NCBI RefSeq assembly: GCF_035594765.1
Contig: NC_085841.1
Span: forward strand, 77,051,574-77,115,573
Direction: 5' to 3'
Source of the DNA: Anolis carolinensis
Taxonomy: Eukaryota
DNA length: 64,000 nt
Within the stretch, counting starts at the first letter, position 1, and each line of letters opens with the position of its first letter. Shown here one piece after another: positions 1-13,268 of this stretch. Both the position numbers and the translations under genes were made by a program. The notes under the pieces were generated by a model, which was not told where the DNA came from, did not search any database, and saw nothing but the letters and a program-made list of their open reading frames with translations.

Positions 1-235
1 CCTCATTCCAACGTCGTAAATTAGTTAAATTTGCCTCCCCACTTTATAAGTGGTACCTTATTTCCTACTTGATAGATGCAACTATCTTTCGGGTTGCTAG
101 GTCAGCAACGAGCAGGGGCTATTTTTTATTTTTTAATTGACGGGTGCTCACCCCACCACGGGCTGGCCTCAAACTCATGACCTCATGGTCAGAGTGATTT
201 ATTGCAGCAGGCTGCTCACCAGCCTGCGCCACAGC
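1..235 (-). mobile_element. tRNA-head SINE, 5' portion (Anolis SINE family; same as 21456/22022)
   Basis: Reverse complement begins gctgtggcgcaggctggtgag (A box) ... gagtttgaggcc (B box); body shared with 22022-22255. Confidence 0.65.
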
Positions 236-1633
236 TACATTCAGCCAAGAGGTATGTTAAATGTTTTTCTAGTTCCACAGTGTTTCAGCTTCACAATTGC
301 CAACAGAACACAGACATGAACGTAAATGGGACTAAAATAAGGACTTAGTGATTTATCATCCCACTTAACAGTTGACAAAGAGGAAAGAAACCTCCAGGGC
401 CAGATGCAATAGGTCATTTTCGCAGTAAGACAAAGAGTGCCTCAAGGGTAGGCTTGCTTCTGCTTCTGGGCCTCTCCCACCTGTTTCTTAATGACAGCTA
501 TGCCACCAAAGCAGATGGAAAAAATGACAAGCAAATCATCACGTTTGCTGAAAAGCATCTGTCCTTGGTTCTCCCGGTCACGCAACAGCACTCGTTTTAT
601 CTTAAAGCATTCCTATCCTATTATCATTACACCAGCTAGCTTTGCAAGGCTTATACAGTAAGCGCCTATTAAAAATGGCTGCACAGCTTATACAGTAAGC
701 GCCTATTTAAAAATTAAAAACTACTCCATCGCAAGTGCCCAGAATGACAGCTGGGGCACATTCTAATTTTGACCAGATTTCTGTTGGCGCTCTGCAGACC
801 AGTCCTGGAGTGTTGCATTACAATCCCTTCTCTGTAGTGACTTATGTCTAGATCGGTATATTTGTGATTCAGTAGACAACTTACTGAGATATCCTTTGGT
901 GTCTGGCCCTAATTTATTGACCTCAGTGTTCAAGAGAAAAATAGATGCCAAAAACCTGAAGTATGCCTGGCCTATGATTCCCTCTTCTATAAGGGAATGA
1001 AGACTGGAACAGCTGGAAGCAGCAATAGTGATAGGGCTCAACAATAACTGTTTCCCCACACTGTTTTTCTTTATCAGGTGTGTGAGCAGAATATGTGCAG
1101 GTAGTTTCCCCATTAAATGCTCAAATGGAGATGGCTTTCCAGTCTCTGTTTTAAAGCCTCCAATAAAACTTGAGCATCTATGGATTTTGGTATCCTAGAA
1201 CCAAATCCCAGTAAATACAAAGGGCCTACTATATCAGTTTCATTTTGTCTGTGTTTATAGAACTTTAAAATATATGATATGAAATGCCCTTTTTACTTGG
1301 AAGTTCCCTATTTTCCTTCAGTTAATGTCTTCCTGCTTTTCTTTCACCAGTAACCAAACTAGCTATTTTACTCTATTGTGGATCTGAACTTATGAACAGC
1401 CAAGGACAGAATAGACAGACTTATAATATAAAAGGAAGCTTAAAAGTAGACTTACACAGGTTTTCTTTCTCTATTATATCAATAATTTTGGGAGAATAAT
1501 ATTTGCATAAAGCAAAAGACTGCTTTATGACATTTGTCTCAAAGAAATAAAATTGTTTATATGTTAATAATATCAAACTCATATTCCATAAATACTTTTG
1601 CCTCTAAATGATGGAATATAATGGGGTACTTGC

Positions 1634-1797
1634 CTGGGTTCACATGAAGGACACAAAACCTTTAAGACTTTTAGGATTAAAGACGCTCCTACAACTCCAA
1701 CCAAAACGACACCCATGAAGTTAAAGAACACTGGAAAGAACTTAAACCAGAATCTGCATAGGTCTTTCCTCAAGTCTTCTACCCACTGGCACATTAC
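1634..1797 (-). CDS. GINM1: GINM1 coding exon 7 (transmembrane segment); GC donor
   Basis: VMCQWVEDLRKDLCRFWFKFFPVFFNFMGVVLVGVVGASLILKVLKVLCPSCEP; cag| acceptor; inferred donor AG|GCAAGT. Confidence 0.88.
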
Positions 1798-2415
1798 CTG
1801 AAAGAGTAACAAAACTGCCACTAAAATACATGATTTATAATCATACCTGGGAAACACCTGTCACCTTTCTAAAAAAGCTATGTCTGCAATCTGTAAGGAT
1901 CCTACATGGGCCCAGTGTGTGCAGGAAATGTCCCTGCAAGCCTTTGGAGTTGCTCATCAGCTGATTGTACAGGGAGTGGTTGCTGTACAAAGAAGTACTG
2001 AAAACTACCACAATTACAATGAAGTACACAAAGATATGCCAAATTCATGAATACACACATCCCAGATTCCACTTGGAATCTGTGCCCTTTACATTTAATT
2101 TCTGGTTATGATACTTTTGAACACTGACTTATTTATTTTTTCTTCCTTATCATTTTCTAACCAGTTTTCAGCAGGAGTAGGGGTGTGACACTGCGACCCT
2201 CCAGATGTTGGACTGTAAGTCCCATTAGCCCTTGCCAACATAGCAAGAGATGTTGAAAATGGCAGTCTGAAAGGTGACAGGATTCCATCTCCTGAGATAG
2301 AGCAAAGAAACAGCCTTAAGAAGTCCCATTCACTTTTCTCCCTTAATGTACGAGGGATATCAGGAAAGTAATACTACAAGATTTTTTTAAAATACAAAGA
2401 ATGAATATATTTTAA

Positions 2416-2585
2416 TCATAGAATCGTAGAGTTGGAAGAGACCTCATGGGCCATCCAGTCCAACCCCCTGCCAAGAAGCAGGAAATCGCATTCAAAGCAC
2501 CCCCGACAGATGGCCATCCAGCCTCTGTTTAAAAGCCTCCAAAGAAGAAACCTCCGCCACAGTCCGGGGGAGAGAGTTCCACTGT
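2416..2585 (-). mobile_element. CR1 LINE 3' fragment
   Basis: Reverse complement of the CR1 3' end seen at 28140-28270 and 63900-64000. Confidence 0.8.
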
Positions 2586-2628
2586 AATAAAACTTGTAAT
2601 AAAACTTACATGGATTATAGCATAGGTA

Positions 2629-2949
2629 CAGTAGAGTCTCACTAATCCAAGCCTCGCTTATCCGAGCCTCTGGATAATCCAAGCCATTTTTGTAGTCAAT
2701 GTTTTCAATACATCATGATATTTTGGTGCTAAATACGTAAATACAGTAATTACAACATAACATTACTGCGTATTGAACTACTTTTTCTGTCAAATTTGTT
2801 GTATAACATGACGTTTTGGTGCTTAATTTGTAAAATCATAACAATTTGATGTTTAATAGGCTTTTCCTTAATCCCTCCTTATTATCCAAGTTATTCGCTT
2901 ATCCAAGCTTCTGCCGGCCCGTTTAGCTTGGATAAGTGAGACTCTACTG
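2629..2949. mobile_element. Tc1/pogo(Tigger)-like MITE, family A
   Basis: TIR CAGTAGAGTCTCAC...GTGAGACTCTACTG, TA TSD; multicopy in window. Confidence 0.85.
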
Positions 2950-4442
2950 TATTACATTATTTTTCCGCATAATCACCATTCAGTTCAATACATTTTGTCA
3001 AGTGTGGGATGAATTTTATGATGACCTTGTCCAGAAGTCTCCCGTCACCTTTTTCAGCCAGTTTGTCACTTTGAGGAACCCCCGGATCCCATCTGCAGGA
3101 GCTGGCAGCAGTGGAAGAGGACGAGGAGGAAGCAGCAGCAGCAACAGAGCCAGAGCTGGGAGCGGGTGGCAGAGGCAAGGCCAAGACGGCCTCTTGGCTG
3201 GAGGGGCTTCCCAAGCTACTGAGCCTCCCCGACGAGCTGCACCATGGCCAAGCACACCAGGCCCAACAAAGCTGTCGTCGGAGCTAGGAGGAAAGAGGAG
3301 GAGGAGGCGGCAGCAGAAGCTGCTTGGTGGCAAGTCCCTAAAGCGGCAGTTCATCCGCTTCTTTTCCATCGTCTTCCTCCTCCTTGTTCCGTCAGCAGCA
3401 TGTTGGGCCAAGTGCACTCAGCCATGGCGCAGCCCATTGGGGGAGTTGGTAGCTCAGTGAACCCCTCCAGCCAAGAGGCAGCCACGGCCTCGCTTCCGCC
3501 TCTGCCGCCTGCTCCCAGCTTCGGCTCTGTTGCTGCTGCTTTCTCCTCCTCATTGTCCTCTTCCACTGCCACCAGTTCCTGAAGATGGGATCTGGGGGTT
3601 TCTTGAAGTGGCAAACTGGTTAAAAAAGGCGGCAGGAGATGTCTAGACACAGGCATCAAAAAAACTCATCCCACGGATGACAAAATGTACTGAACTGAAT
3701 GGTGATTATGTGGGAAAATAACATAATACCTATGCTATAATCCATGTAAGTATATATTCATTCTTTGAACAGTATTTTTAAAAAATCTTGTAATCTTACT
3801 TTCCAGATATCCCTCATACATTCAATGACCACTTGGAATAAGAAAGAGGAGGACTATGCTGCAGCTAAAGCCACCACTTTCAGGGAGTTCTGTTAAAAGC
3901 GTAAAAGAAGCCTAAAAGGTTCTTCTTGTGCCCTGGGAAGAAAGAAGGTAAAAATGCACAATCCAGGGACCTGCTAGCTTGAACATCAAGGCTTTTGTTT
4001 CCTTCCTGCTGTCCATTGCTAACACTCAAAAGGTGCTCCCGTATAGTCTTTGGTCTTCCTTACTACCTGGGGATTTTGAAGAAAGTGGCATTCTTGTTGA
4101 AAAATATTGAAAAATTAATAGTAATTATGACTCCCCCTCCCTCTACATGGGGAAGGGCTGCAAATCAGCAAGATAACGTGTTTTATGTACAAAAATTTTC
4201 AGTCCCTGGCATTTTATGGTGTGCAGCTATTCTACATCTCTCTTGAAAGCTCTTGAAAGCTGTCTCCTGTCTGTGTAGACAGAACTGAATAAAACAAGCC
4301 AATGATCTGGCCTGGTATCAGTGGACTATGTGCCAACAGTACTTTGTGCTCTTATATTTTGTCTTCACTGCATCATTTGGCTACCTGGCAAGTCTGCAGG
4401 AGTCTCATTTCACCAAAAGTGGGATGGAGATAGAAAACATAC

Positions 4443-4576
4443 CTTGTAGGATGATGTGGGCTCTGCTCTCAAAGGAGTCTCTGGCAATTTTCCAGGCACT
4501 GTCTCTTCATCTATTGTAGTTTCTACTTGCCTGAGAAGGTAGTGGCTGGTTGTTTGTAGAGGGCTTTCAATATCGA
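4443..4576 (-). CDS. GINM1: GINM1 coding exon 6
   Basis: (V)[44 protein letters not shown]; ag|...|gtatgt. Confidence 0.92.
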
Positions 4577-4851
4577 CTTCAGCAAAAATAAAAAGAACGG
4601 GACTGTTTTTATCATATGTTGTTGGGCTCTGTTACCACATTGCATTAATTAAAACCACTGTGAATAATCCTAAAGCAGTCAGACAATATTACCTCCACTT
4701 TTGTAAATCCTGTAGTTAATTAATTAATTTAACATTTTCCCTGAAAAAATTAAAATCCAAGAGAAAAAAACCCCACTTGAATTACTAAACCAACTCTATA
4801 ACAGAAAACAAACAAACTAAAAAGACATTGCTAATAAACATAGTCAGGTAC

Positions 4852-5008
4852 CTTTTCCTGCTATGTTTGGAAGTGTAAATAAGACATCGTTGTCTCTGGG
4901 GATGGAATACAGCATGCTTTCTTTCAGAGGAACGGTGTAATTTGTATGCCTAAGGACTTGTACATCTTTAACCAACACGTCTATTTCAGTCACTTCATCT
5001 TGCTGAAC
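4852..5008 (-). CDS. GINM1: GINM1 coding exon 5
   Basis: [52 protein letters not shown]; canonical splice sites. Confidence 0.93.
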
Positions 5009-6278
5009 CTGCGAAAGATAAATGTTAATGATATGAGCAATTTTCTTAGGGAAGAAAAGAGGGAATCTGTTCTGAGATGACGAAAACAGGGAAGCAGTAG
5101 ATAAAAGATGTACAGAATCAGAATCAGAAGATCTGATTTGATTTAACAACAAACCAGTCAACTTCAATTTCTCTTCAAGTCACATTAGGAGAAGCAATTA
5201 AAACAAAAGAAAGAGAAGTAGTATTAGATACTTTCCTGACACTTTCCTTTCCTCAGTCACCAATCTCTTTGTTCACTAACTTGTTATGGAAAATGTACTT
5301 TCTCTTTCATCATAAATAAGAAGGAGGTCTGATCTTTATTGGGGTAAAGACAAAGAAGAGCAAAAACAAAACAAAATAGCAAGTTGCTAATCAAGACAAT
5401 TGGGAGGGGAAGAACAAAAAGAAAGATTTCTAGCTGAATCAGATTCTAATTTCCACATTAGCATAGTCTGAATTAGCAGTCTGAATGGAAGAACTCAGTT
5501 CCTAGTATTCTGAGAGAAGATAACCTATCTTTTATTACTATTATTATTGTTGTTATTATTTCCCCAATATGAGACTTGAAATTGCTTACAACAGATAAAA
5601 GAGACATAGCTACAAAATATACCATACAAAAGTTGAAATTATCGGCCACACATCTAGATCAGCTACATAGTTACTTAACTTCCTTACTTCCATAGCTAAG
5701 CAGCTCCTCTGACTTGATCTCCCCAATACTGGGCAGCAGTTACTGCAAGCCAGAGAGATCTGTTTCCCTGCGAATCAGGTTGCTAATGTTCCCATCCTGC
5801 TTCTGTGAGTGACCTCTAGTATTACAGTCGGAAGAAGGATATCTGTTGTGATTTCTTCTCACATTGGAAATCATCAAGGGCAGTGGGTGGGAAACAATTA
5901 TTTTGTCCTGATCAAACAGTAGAACAGACCTGCTACTCATAGGAGCTGCTGTCCTTTAAATCCAAGATTGAGGGGATATAGACAATTCCTATATATCCCT
6001 ACCAAATACGGGAATACAAACTACTCATAAATGTATCATTCTGTTAGGGGGCAATTGCAAAAATTTTGTAATACAAGGAATGGAAGAACAAGTGCACCAT
6101 TACCAAGTCATTTTGTGGAATTACAACCTTCTGCCACAGACAGGAAAGATCTAGGTGTTGGAGAAGGTGGTAAATTGTAACAAAAATACTTTTCTGCAAA
6201 AGATTGTATCTTAAAATTAAAATATTTGGCAACAGGAGGCTTTAATGAAAATAAGAATATCCTACTTAATATATTATA

Positions 6279-7128
6279 CTAGCTTGGGGACCTGGTGGTG
6301 CCCGGGTCATTTGAGAAAGGCATTGTCTGCAGGCGAATCAGGCGAAAGTACTGAAAATCCCATAATCCTTGGTCCATCCTCCCCCAAACTGCTGTAGCGT
6401 GTAAAGTATGTCATTTGGAATATGTGTGGCAAGTGTGGTTCAGCTCTGTTATTTGTGGCAGTTGCAGTAGTCTCGAGAAGTGAGTGAAGGTACTGCAAGT
6501 CCCATAATCCTTGGTCTGTCCTCCCCCAATCTGGCCCAGGATGGAAAGGGGTTCATGGGGGTTCTGTGTGTCAAGTTTGGTCCAGTTCCATCACTGATGG
6601 GTGTTGCAGTAGTCTGTGGGAGGCGAAGCGATTGAAATTACAAGGCTTCTACATTCCCCAGTAGGAGTCACGGTGCTCTGACTTGATGCAGGGTGAACTA
6701 CAACTCCAGTAAGTTTAGTTGCCGCTCAGTTCTGCTGTGTTTGTTATGCAGACAGATTTGAAAGGGAAGGACAGTAGGCGGGGTCATGCAAATTCCACAC
6801 CAATGGAGAACCCTGGGATACCTGCCTGTGATGGAGGAAAATGCAAAATCTAGGATGAAATGGTCCCCAAATGAAAGGATTCCTTGGATGGTGGGCCGTG
6901 GCATTTGGGGAGGACATTGGCAGGGGTTGGGATACATGTTCATGGAGCTCGCTGTAACCGCAATGTCAGTGGAAGAGAGTAACTTGGTGGCTCCTCAGCA
7001 CTGGGAACTGTAGCCTATTTGTGGAGGCCAGAGGCTGTCTATGTGAGCAGACACCCATGCCACATACACACATACGGGTTTTCACTTTTATTATGGATAT
7101 AGAATAGAATATAGAATATAGATATAGA
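6279..7128 (-). mobile_element. non-autonomous Helitron
   Basis: Minus strand A|TC...acccgggcaccaccaggt hairpin...CTAG|T, no TSD. Confidence 0.7.
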
Positions 7129-7382
7129 TGACTTTCTAAATCTACTGCATCAAACATCCTTGAAAGACTTTTTTTTATCAGTCTCTCTATCCCCTCTCCT
7201 TTTTCAGACCATCTGCTGAGATTTCTAAGTATGTAAAAGGTGTAAGCCTAGTTCTCCTTTTTATCGTGTAACAGTCCAGTTATGTGGAAAGAGAATTTCT
7301 ATTATTGAACTGAATTGCTGTGTATACGTGTTTAAATATTAAATAGAATCATTGTGGACTATTAGAATTTTGTATGCATGTA

Positions 7383-7820
7383 CAGGCAGTACCCAAGTTA
7401 TGAACAAGATCAGTTCTGTAGGTTTGTTCTTAGGTTTAATTTGTATGTACGTTGGAACAGGTACATTTTGTAAGTATAACTCCAGTCAAATATATGTGTG
7501 TGTTTATTAGCTTTGAATAGCATAGGAAAGGGTTACTGGCCATTTTATAGCCCTGTGGTATTTGTCTGCTACCTGTGCCCCTGTTCAGAAAATTTCACCT
7601 CACTTTCTGCCCCTGTGATAATTGGATTTTGGAAAAATTGGCTTGTTGTAGTAACAAGGATTGGTGAGAAAGTTGCAGTTGAGATACATTTTCCCCATAA
7701 CTCTTTCAGGAGTGAATTTCCCTTCCGAGGGGCAGATTTCTCTCATTTCCTGTTGTCTCACCTCTGTTCTTAACTATGAGTCATTTGTAAGTCAGATGTT
7801 TGTAACTCGGGGACAGCTTG
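7383..7820. mobile_element. Tigger-like MITE, family B
   Basis: TA|CAGGCAGT...ends, TA TSD; inverted relative of 19432-19857. Confidence 0.8.
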
Positions 7821-9055
7821 TATAAGACAGCTTCTTGTGTTCCCTTGATATCATTGTTTTACCATCAATAGTGAATCTCATTTGCCTTCTACTATTTAGA
7901 CTTTATGTGGTCTGTAGGACTACAGAGACAGGAGTGAAGGTGACTTTCATATTAAATGCTATCATTTAAATGTGAACTCCTTAATAAAGAATTTGTGAGG
8001 TTTACTAAATGCGTTTAATTGGAAGATCAGGGAGTTGTTTCCAGTTGTTGGGGGTAAGGAGAGTCTATTTTTGTTATTGGTTCAGACTCAGTCATGCTTA
8101 AGTCTAAGTGATTTTCCCTGAAATGGGAAGAGAAAGAATAAGCAACTACCGGAGGGGGGGGGGAGTTTCAAGAGTGTTCATTGAGCAACTAGTGGAACAA
8201 AAATCAGAGCATCATTGTACAATAATTCAATGACAAAGAAAACTATTTTTGTCACTAATATAAAGCTAAACTACAATGCAATGCAAAGCTAAACTAATGC
8301 AAAACTAAACTACAGACTGCAACATGCAGGAAGGGGGTTCCCAGCCAAATGCAATTATCTGGCATTAGGTAAAATACAGAGATTTTTCAGTGGAGATAAA
8401 AATATTAAAAGGTTGTTCTTGATTTGAACTTGCTGCTTTGGTAGGTATCTGCATTTTGAACTTAGAATAATAGCAAGATAAACAATTATTGGTTCACTGA
8501 AAATTTGAAATGAGATTGGAGATTTGACTGTCATGATGATTGACTGTTTCCTTGTGGAAACACGCACAATGGGGCTGCTAAAAATAGCTCTACACACAAT
8601 TACTGCACAATTGTTAAATGTAAAGTGCAACACACAACTTGGCATGGCAAGTTCTCCCATGCAGTGATGCATCCTAAACAAGTCACAAAGTTATGGAAAC
8701 TAACCTGCAGAACAATGGATTCTGATTCTTAAACCAGTTAATTTTCTTCTTTTTCTCCCAGAGTGGTGTTATTAAATAATTTGCAAAAAGAAGATACAAG
8801 GAGAGAAAGCCTATTTGTTTATTGATTGGGATTATCATTTTATTCACTACTGGAGTGGCTTAATAATAAAATCTAATCACAGCTGAAAAGAAGAATACTG
8901 TACCCTGGAAATCACTTCTTATACTGTCCTGTTTTCTACACTGAATGCATCTATTTTGAAAAGCATCTAAATGATATGGTTGCTTCTATGAAAATGACAG
9001 ATAGTTCATATAAAATAACAATAATTATAATTGAATGTGTATAATTTATGAGTAG

Positions 9056-9384
9056 AGGCCTCTGGTGGTGCAGCAGATTAAACTGCTGAGCTGCTGAACT
9101 TGCTGACAAAAAGGTCATCGGTTCGAATCCGCGGAGTGGAATGAGCGCCCGCTGTTCGCCTCAGCTTTTGCCAACCTAGCAGTTTGAAAACATGCAAAAT
9201 GTGAGTAGATCAATAGGTACCACTCAGGCGGGAAGGTAACAGCGCTCCATGCAGTCATGCTGGCCACATGACTTCGGAGGTGTCTACGGACACCAGCTCT
9301 TCGGCTTAGAAATGGAGATGAGCACCAACCCCCAAAGTTGGACTCGTCTACACTTAATGTCAAGGGAAAATGTTTACCTTTATC
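9056..9384 (+). mobile_element. Sauria SINE, full length
   Basis: tRNA-like head, ACCTTT-type tail, 14-bp TSD taatttatgagtag (9042-9055 / 9385-9398). Confidence 0.9.
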
Positions 9385-9595
9385 TAATTTATGAGTAGTT
9401 CATTATTTATTTCTTAAAAGCATACATTACATTGTCCTGTGATTGTTTCCCATTATGCATTCCAATTTCAAAATATTATTTGTTTACTATACTTATATAT
9501 TATTTCTTCCTTTACAGAGAGTCCTGGATGATTTAATGATCAACAAAGAGCCAGAGCTTGGACATATAATTATGTTTTCTAATGTTTTACTTCTA

Positions 9596-9849
9596 GGGGC
9601 TGCGGTGGTACAATGGGTTAAACCTTTGTGCCGGCTGAACTGTTGACCTAAAGGTTGAAGGTTCGAATCTGTAAGACGGGGTAAGCACCTGTCAGCCCTA
9701 GCTTCCCATGCAGGGACATGAGAGAAGCCTCCCAGCAGGATGTAACACCAGGATGTAACCCTGGGCAACGTCTTTGTAGACGGCCAATTGTCTGACATCA
9801 CAAGCGACTTGCAGTGTGTTCTCAATTAGCTTCTGACACGATAAAAAAA
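9596..9849 (+). mobile_element. SINE (second family, A-tail)
   Basis: tRNA-like head, homologous to 20028-20320, ends ctgacacgataaaaaaa. Confidence 0.7.
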
Positions 9850-10768
9850 TCTTACTTTTAATATGTTACAAATATAGCAATTTAAAAGGTTGTCATTTAA
9901 TTTTTAGATATAGATTCAGGAAACATTAATGTCTAATGTTGTTTCAGTGTATTTGGTTGGTGATGGCAATCTGAGGATGGGCATTGTTAGTTATTTAAAC
10001 TTTGAAATAAATGTTACTAATGCCTCATCAACAATCAACAATCAACAAATTCAACTAAAACAATTAGCGATCCTGAGTTGATTTTTAAAATTAATATTAA
10101 TGGCAGTCAAAAACATGAACATTTTCGAGCTCTGCATAGAGTAAACGTTAGCTTAAGAATGAAAATATTTGTTTCTGTTAGCTGCTGTCATAACCAAGCA
10201 GATGTATTCATCCAGGAGTATTTTTTTCTTTCTAAATATGGATTAACTTCACTTTTCACTGCAGAACCCCTCCACCAATTAACTGTCCTACATGCACAGT
10301 GTTCTTTTCTAATCCTGGGGGAAACAGTTACGCCTACATCATCTCCAAAAGCAAATATACACCGGCAGAATATTCACAGACAGGGAGGAAAGGCAAACAC
10401 CCTTTTCCCAGTTCCACTGATAAAAGGAGTTCCAAGAATCAACAGCTCTGCTGAATCCATATGAACACAGAAATCCTGTATGGAAGTTAAAGGCTTGCAT
10501 GTCTTTCTTCTTCTTTTAATTATTTGATTAATTTGTTGATATATGGATTCATTTATAACTTTAAAAAGTCAACTAAATTGAGGACATACAGCCTACACTC
10601 ACTGCACAAATAAGATATGTAATAGCATGTGTACACAGGCAGCATGAAAGTTGGTTTGGTAGCCAAAGGCAAAAAACAAAGCTTCGTGTTCACACTAAGG
10701 ATGAAATGGGCTCCGGGGGATTTCTCAACAGGCCAAAAAATACAATGATGTAATTAAATGTATTTTAC

Positions 10769-10920
10769 CTGAATTCCATCAATTTCAGTCACTTCCTCCT
10801 GAACAACGATCAACCGCAAGTTGGAGCTGGATGCCATCGGCCATTCATGGACCATAATGCGGACATTTACGATTCCCAATTGCTGCTCGTCTGATAAGGA
10901 GTCAGAGTTTTCACTCCTCA
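10769..10920 (-). CDS. GINM1: GINM1 coding exon 4
   Basis: [50 protein letters not shown]; ag|...|gtaaaa; phase consistent. Confidence 0.93.
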
Positions 10921-11476
10921 CTATGAATAAACAATGATGTATAGGGATTATGCAGAAAGATATTATCTCTAAAAACAAGTTACACACAAAAAGGTGACTG
11001 ATGAATGGCAGGCTGGATCTGGCACAACAATGCAATCTAGCATGGAAACATTGTTTGCTGCTTGCAAGAGAAATTGTCAAATTGACCAATGGGCTGTGGA
11101 ATATTTTCTGAATCCTAATATGAACGTTTTCAAAGTACCCATCTTGAGACCCAATGCTACAAATATAACTTTTCCTCTTTTCTTCCCAGCACCCCACCAA
11201 ATCCACCAAATCTGAGCTGGTGCTTCATCAACCTCTGAGTCAGGTTTCAGAGGAAAGGGGCAATTCAGCACCTCTTACTAAATTGGTTGAAGTCATAGTA
11301 CTGGTGAGGAGGGCTAATGCTTGGTCTTTCAAAAGAACAGGACAACATACTCTAGTATCCACAAAGATGGGAATAACTGAGTCCAGCAAGCCATTAAACA
11401 ATCTCAGAATCGCTTTGCATTCTTGCTTTAGGAATTCAACAGAAATTTGAAGGCAACAAGAATTTCCACCGAATTA

Positions 11477-11854
11477 CCATATATACTTGAGTATCAGCCG
11501 AGTTTTTCTGCCCTTTTTAGGGCTGAAAATGCCCCCCTCGGCTTATGCTCGAGAGAGGGTCCTGGACAGCTTATATTCGGGTCAGCTTATACACGAGTAT
11601 ATAGGTAATCAGAGTTGGATAGTCTTATCTTAAATTACACTTCTACGTATGTAAATACTCAAAAACATTTAATCTACTGATGCCTCAATTAATGTAATTT
11701 TATTGGTATCTATTTTTATTTTTGAAATTTACCAGTAGCTGCTGCATTTCCCACCCTTGTATTATACTTGAGTCAATAAGTTTTCCTAGTTTTTTGTGGT
11801 AAAATTAGGTGCTTAGGCTTATATTTGGGTCGGCTTATACTCCAGTATATACAC
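11477..11854. mobile_element. Tc1/pogo-like MITE (CCGTATATACTCGAGTATAAGCCG-type TIR)
   Basis: Degenerate TIRs flanked by TA, with an internal TIR-like repeat. Confidence 0.7.
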
Positions 11855-12900
11855 TACAGAAAAGTTACCTTGTGCTTGTTTGAGAATTGATTTTGCTAGA
11901 CAAAATGAGCACAATTGTTAAATACATTTATTCAGAAGTCCTACTGAGTGCAAGAGGGTGTATTTCCTTCAAAAGTAAACTTTAAGACAATATCCATACT
12001 GAAATAATAATGCACAGGAGTGCTTCCATTCTATCAGGCCCCATGGACCATTCATTGTTCTCCCTAAAGGAAACCATGTTGTTTAAGGCTTTCAAAAACC
12101 CATTTCAAAAACACTTTAGCAAGTTCTTTGAACAAGAGTTGATCATAAAGAGGAGATCTCAGAAGCTAACCTTGAGACTAGTCATAACTGGCATATCATG
12201 CGACTACTCTGTTCATGAAAAGTTCATCAATAGCATGTAATTGCTCCGGCTTCATGAATTATGTAAAATGTTGCCAGCACATGGAGATTGAGATGTTTCT
12301 ATTCAATGCAAAATAAATGAATGCAAAGGGAACAACAATTTCCCTTCTGGTAGCAAAAGCCATTAATGATTAATGCTTCCATCCTTTCAAGAAAACCCTC
12401 GCTCCTGCCAGATACACAATTTAAACTAAGGAAATCTCAAGAAAAAAAGTGTTTTGCAAAGATTATCTGAAACTGCCCTCACAAGGCTGTATTATTATTT
12501 CTTCTAAGCAATGAGTCTGGATTTCTGCCAATATAAAAGAGGAGACAGACAGGACTTATCAGGGTGGGGTCACATCCTTGCATTTATGCGACTGAAATTC
12601 GCACACAAATTCTTTGCCTTCTACAAATAAATTAACTGAACAGGAACTTTGCTAAAGGCTTCTATAAAGACAGGATCTGAACTTAATTTGTGTTTTGGTG
12701 TAGACAGAATAAGTAACTGCTGCGAACGGGAACCAGAAAGGGCTCCCACTTTTGTCTTTCCTCCTTTTTAAGTCATATTTATCCTAATTGTTTTTTTAAC
12801 AGAACATAACATGCATTGAATGTAAAGCCACATATGTTTTAAACTGCTTTTCATTACCTACAAACTGCAAAAAAGCAACCAGGAATTAAGCAATACTCAC

Positions 12901-12997
12901 ATATTAAAGTCTGACACTTTAGTCGGGAAACACCACTCCTCAGAGGAAAGTCATTGACATACACTTGATCATTAATATAGCTGATATTAAGGACAAC
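12901..12997 (-). CDS. GINM1: GINM1 coding exon 3
   Basis: [32 protein letters not shown]; tttctttag| acceptor, |gtgagt donor; 97 nt. Confidence 0.92.
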
Positions 12998-13042
12998 CTA
13001 AAGAAAACAAGACAAATAATGCCTATTTTGAAACTCTGGGGA

Positions 13043-13268
13043 GGATCTGTTTACACTGTAGAATAAATGCAGTTTTACCCCATTTTAACTACCATATTTC
13101 AATGCTTTGGAAACATGGGAGTTTGAGTTTGGTGAGATATCAATTCATTATCTTTGTTAGAGAAGGTTAAATACCTTATAAACCTACAACACCTTGATTC
13201 CACAACATTAAACCATGGCAGTTAAAATGGTGTCAGACTGCATTCATTCTATAGTGTAGATGCACCCA
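13043..13268. mobile_element. degenerate non-autonomous DNA element with TIRs
   Basis: tacactgtagaataaatgcagt ... actgcattcattctatagtgtagatgcaccc inverted ends. Confidence 0.5.

Larger units (their letters stand above)
2351..3816. mobile_element. non-autonomous mariner fold-back element (TA|CGAGGG...CCCTCA|TA) with nested CR1 and MITE
   Basis: TA TSD, long inverted arms, both carrying transposase C-terminal remnants (KCIELNGDYAEK / KCTELNGDYVGK). Confidence 0.8.

Noticed and set aside
915-990. Possible GINM1 last exon (PGILQVFGI on - strand)
   Set aside because: Only a 4-residue match to the recalled GILQ, no convincing acceptor at the right position and no downstream similarity; the terminal exon is probably outside the window
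2936-3659. Cluster of overlapping ORFs on both strands
   Set aside because: GC-rich palindromic interior of the mariner-derived element; only the short transposase C-terminal remnant is meaningful
9056-9140. tRNA-like A/B boxes (also other SINE heads)
   Set aside because: SINE heads, not tRNA genes; no cloverleaf or terminator, and they continue into SINE bodies
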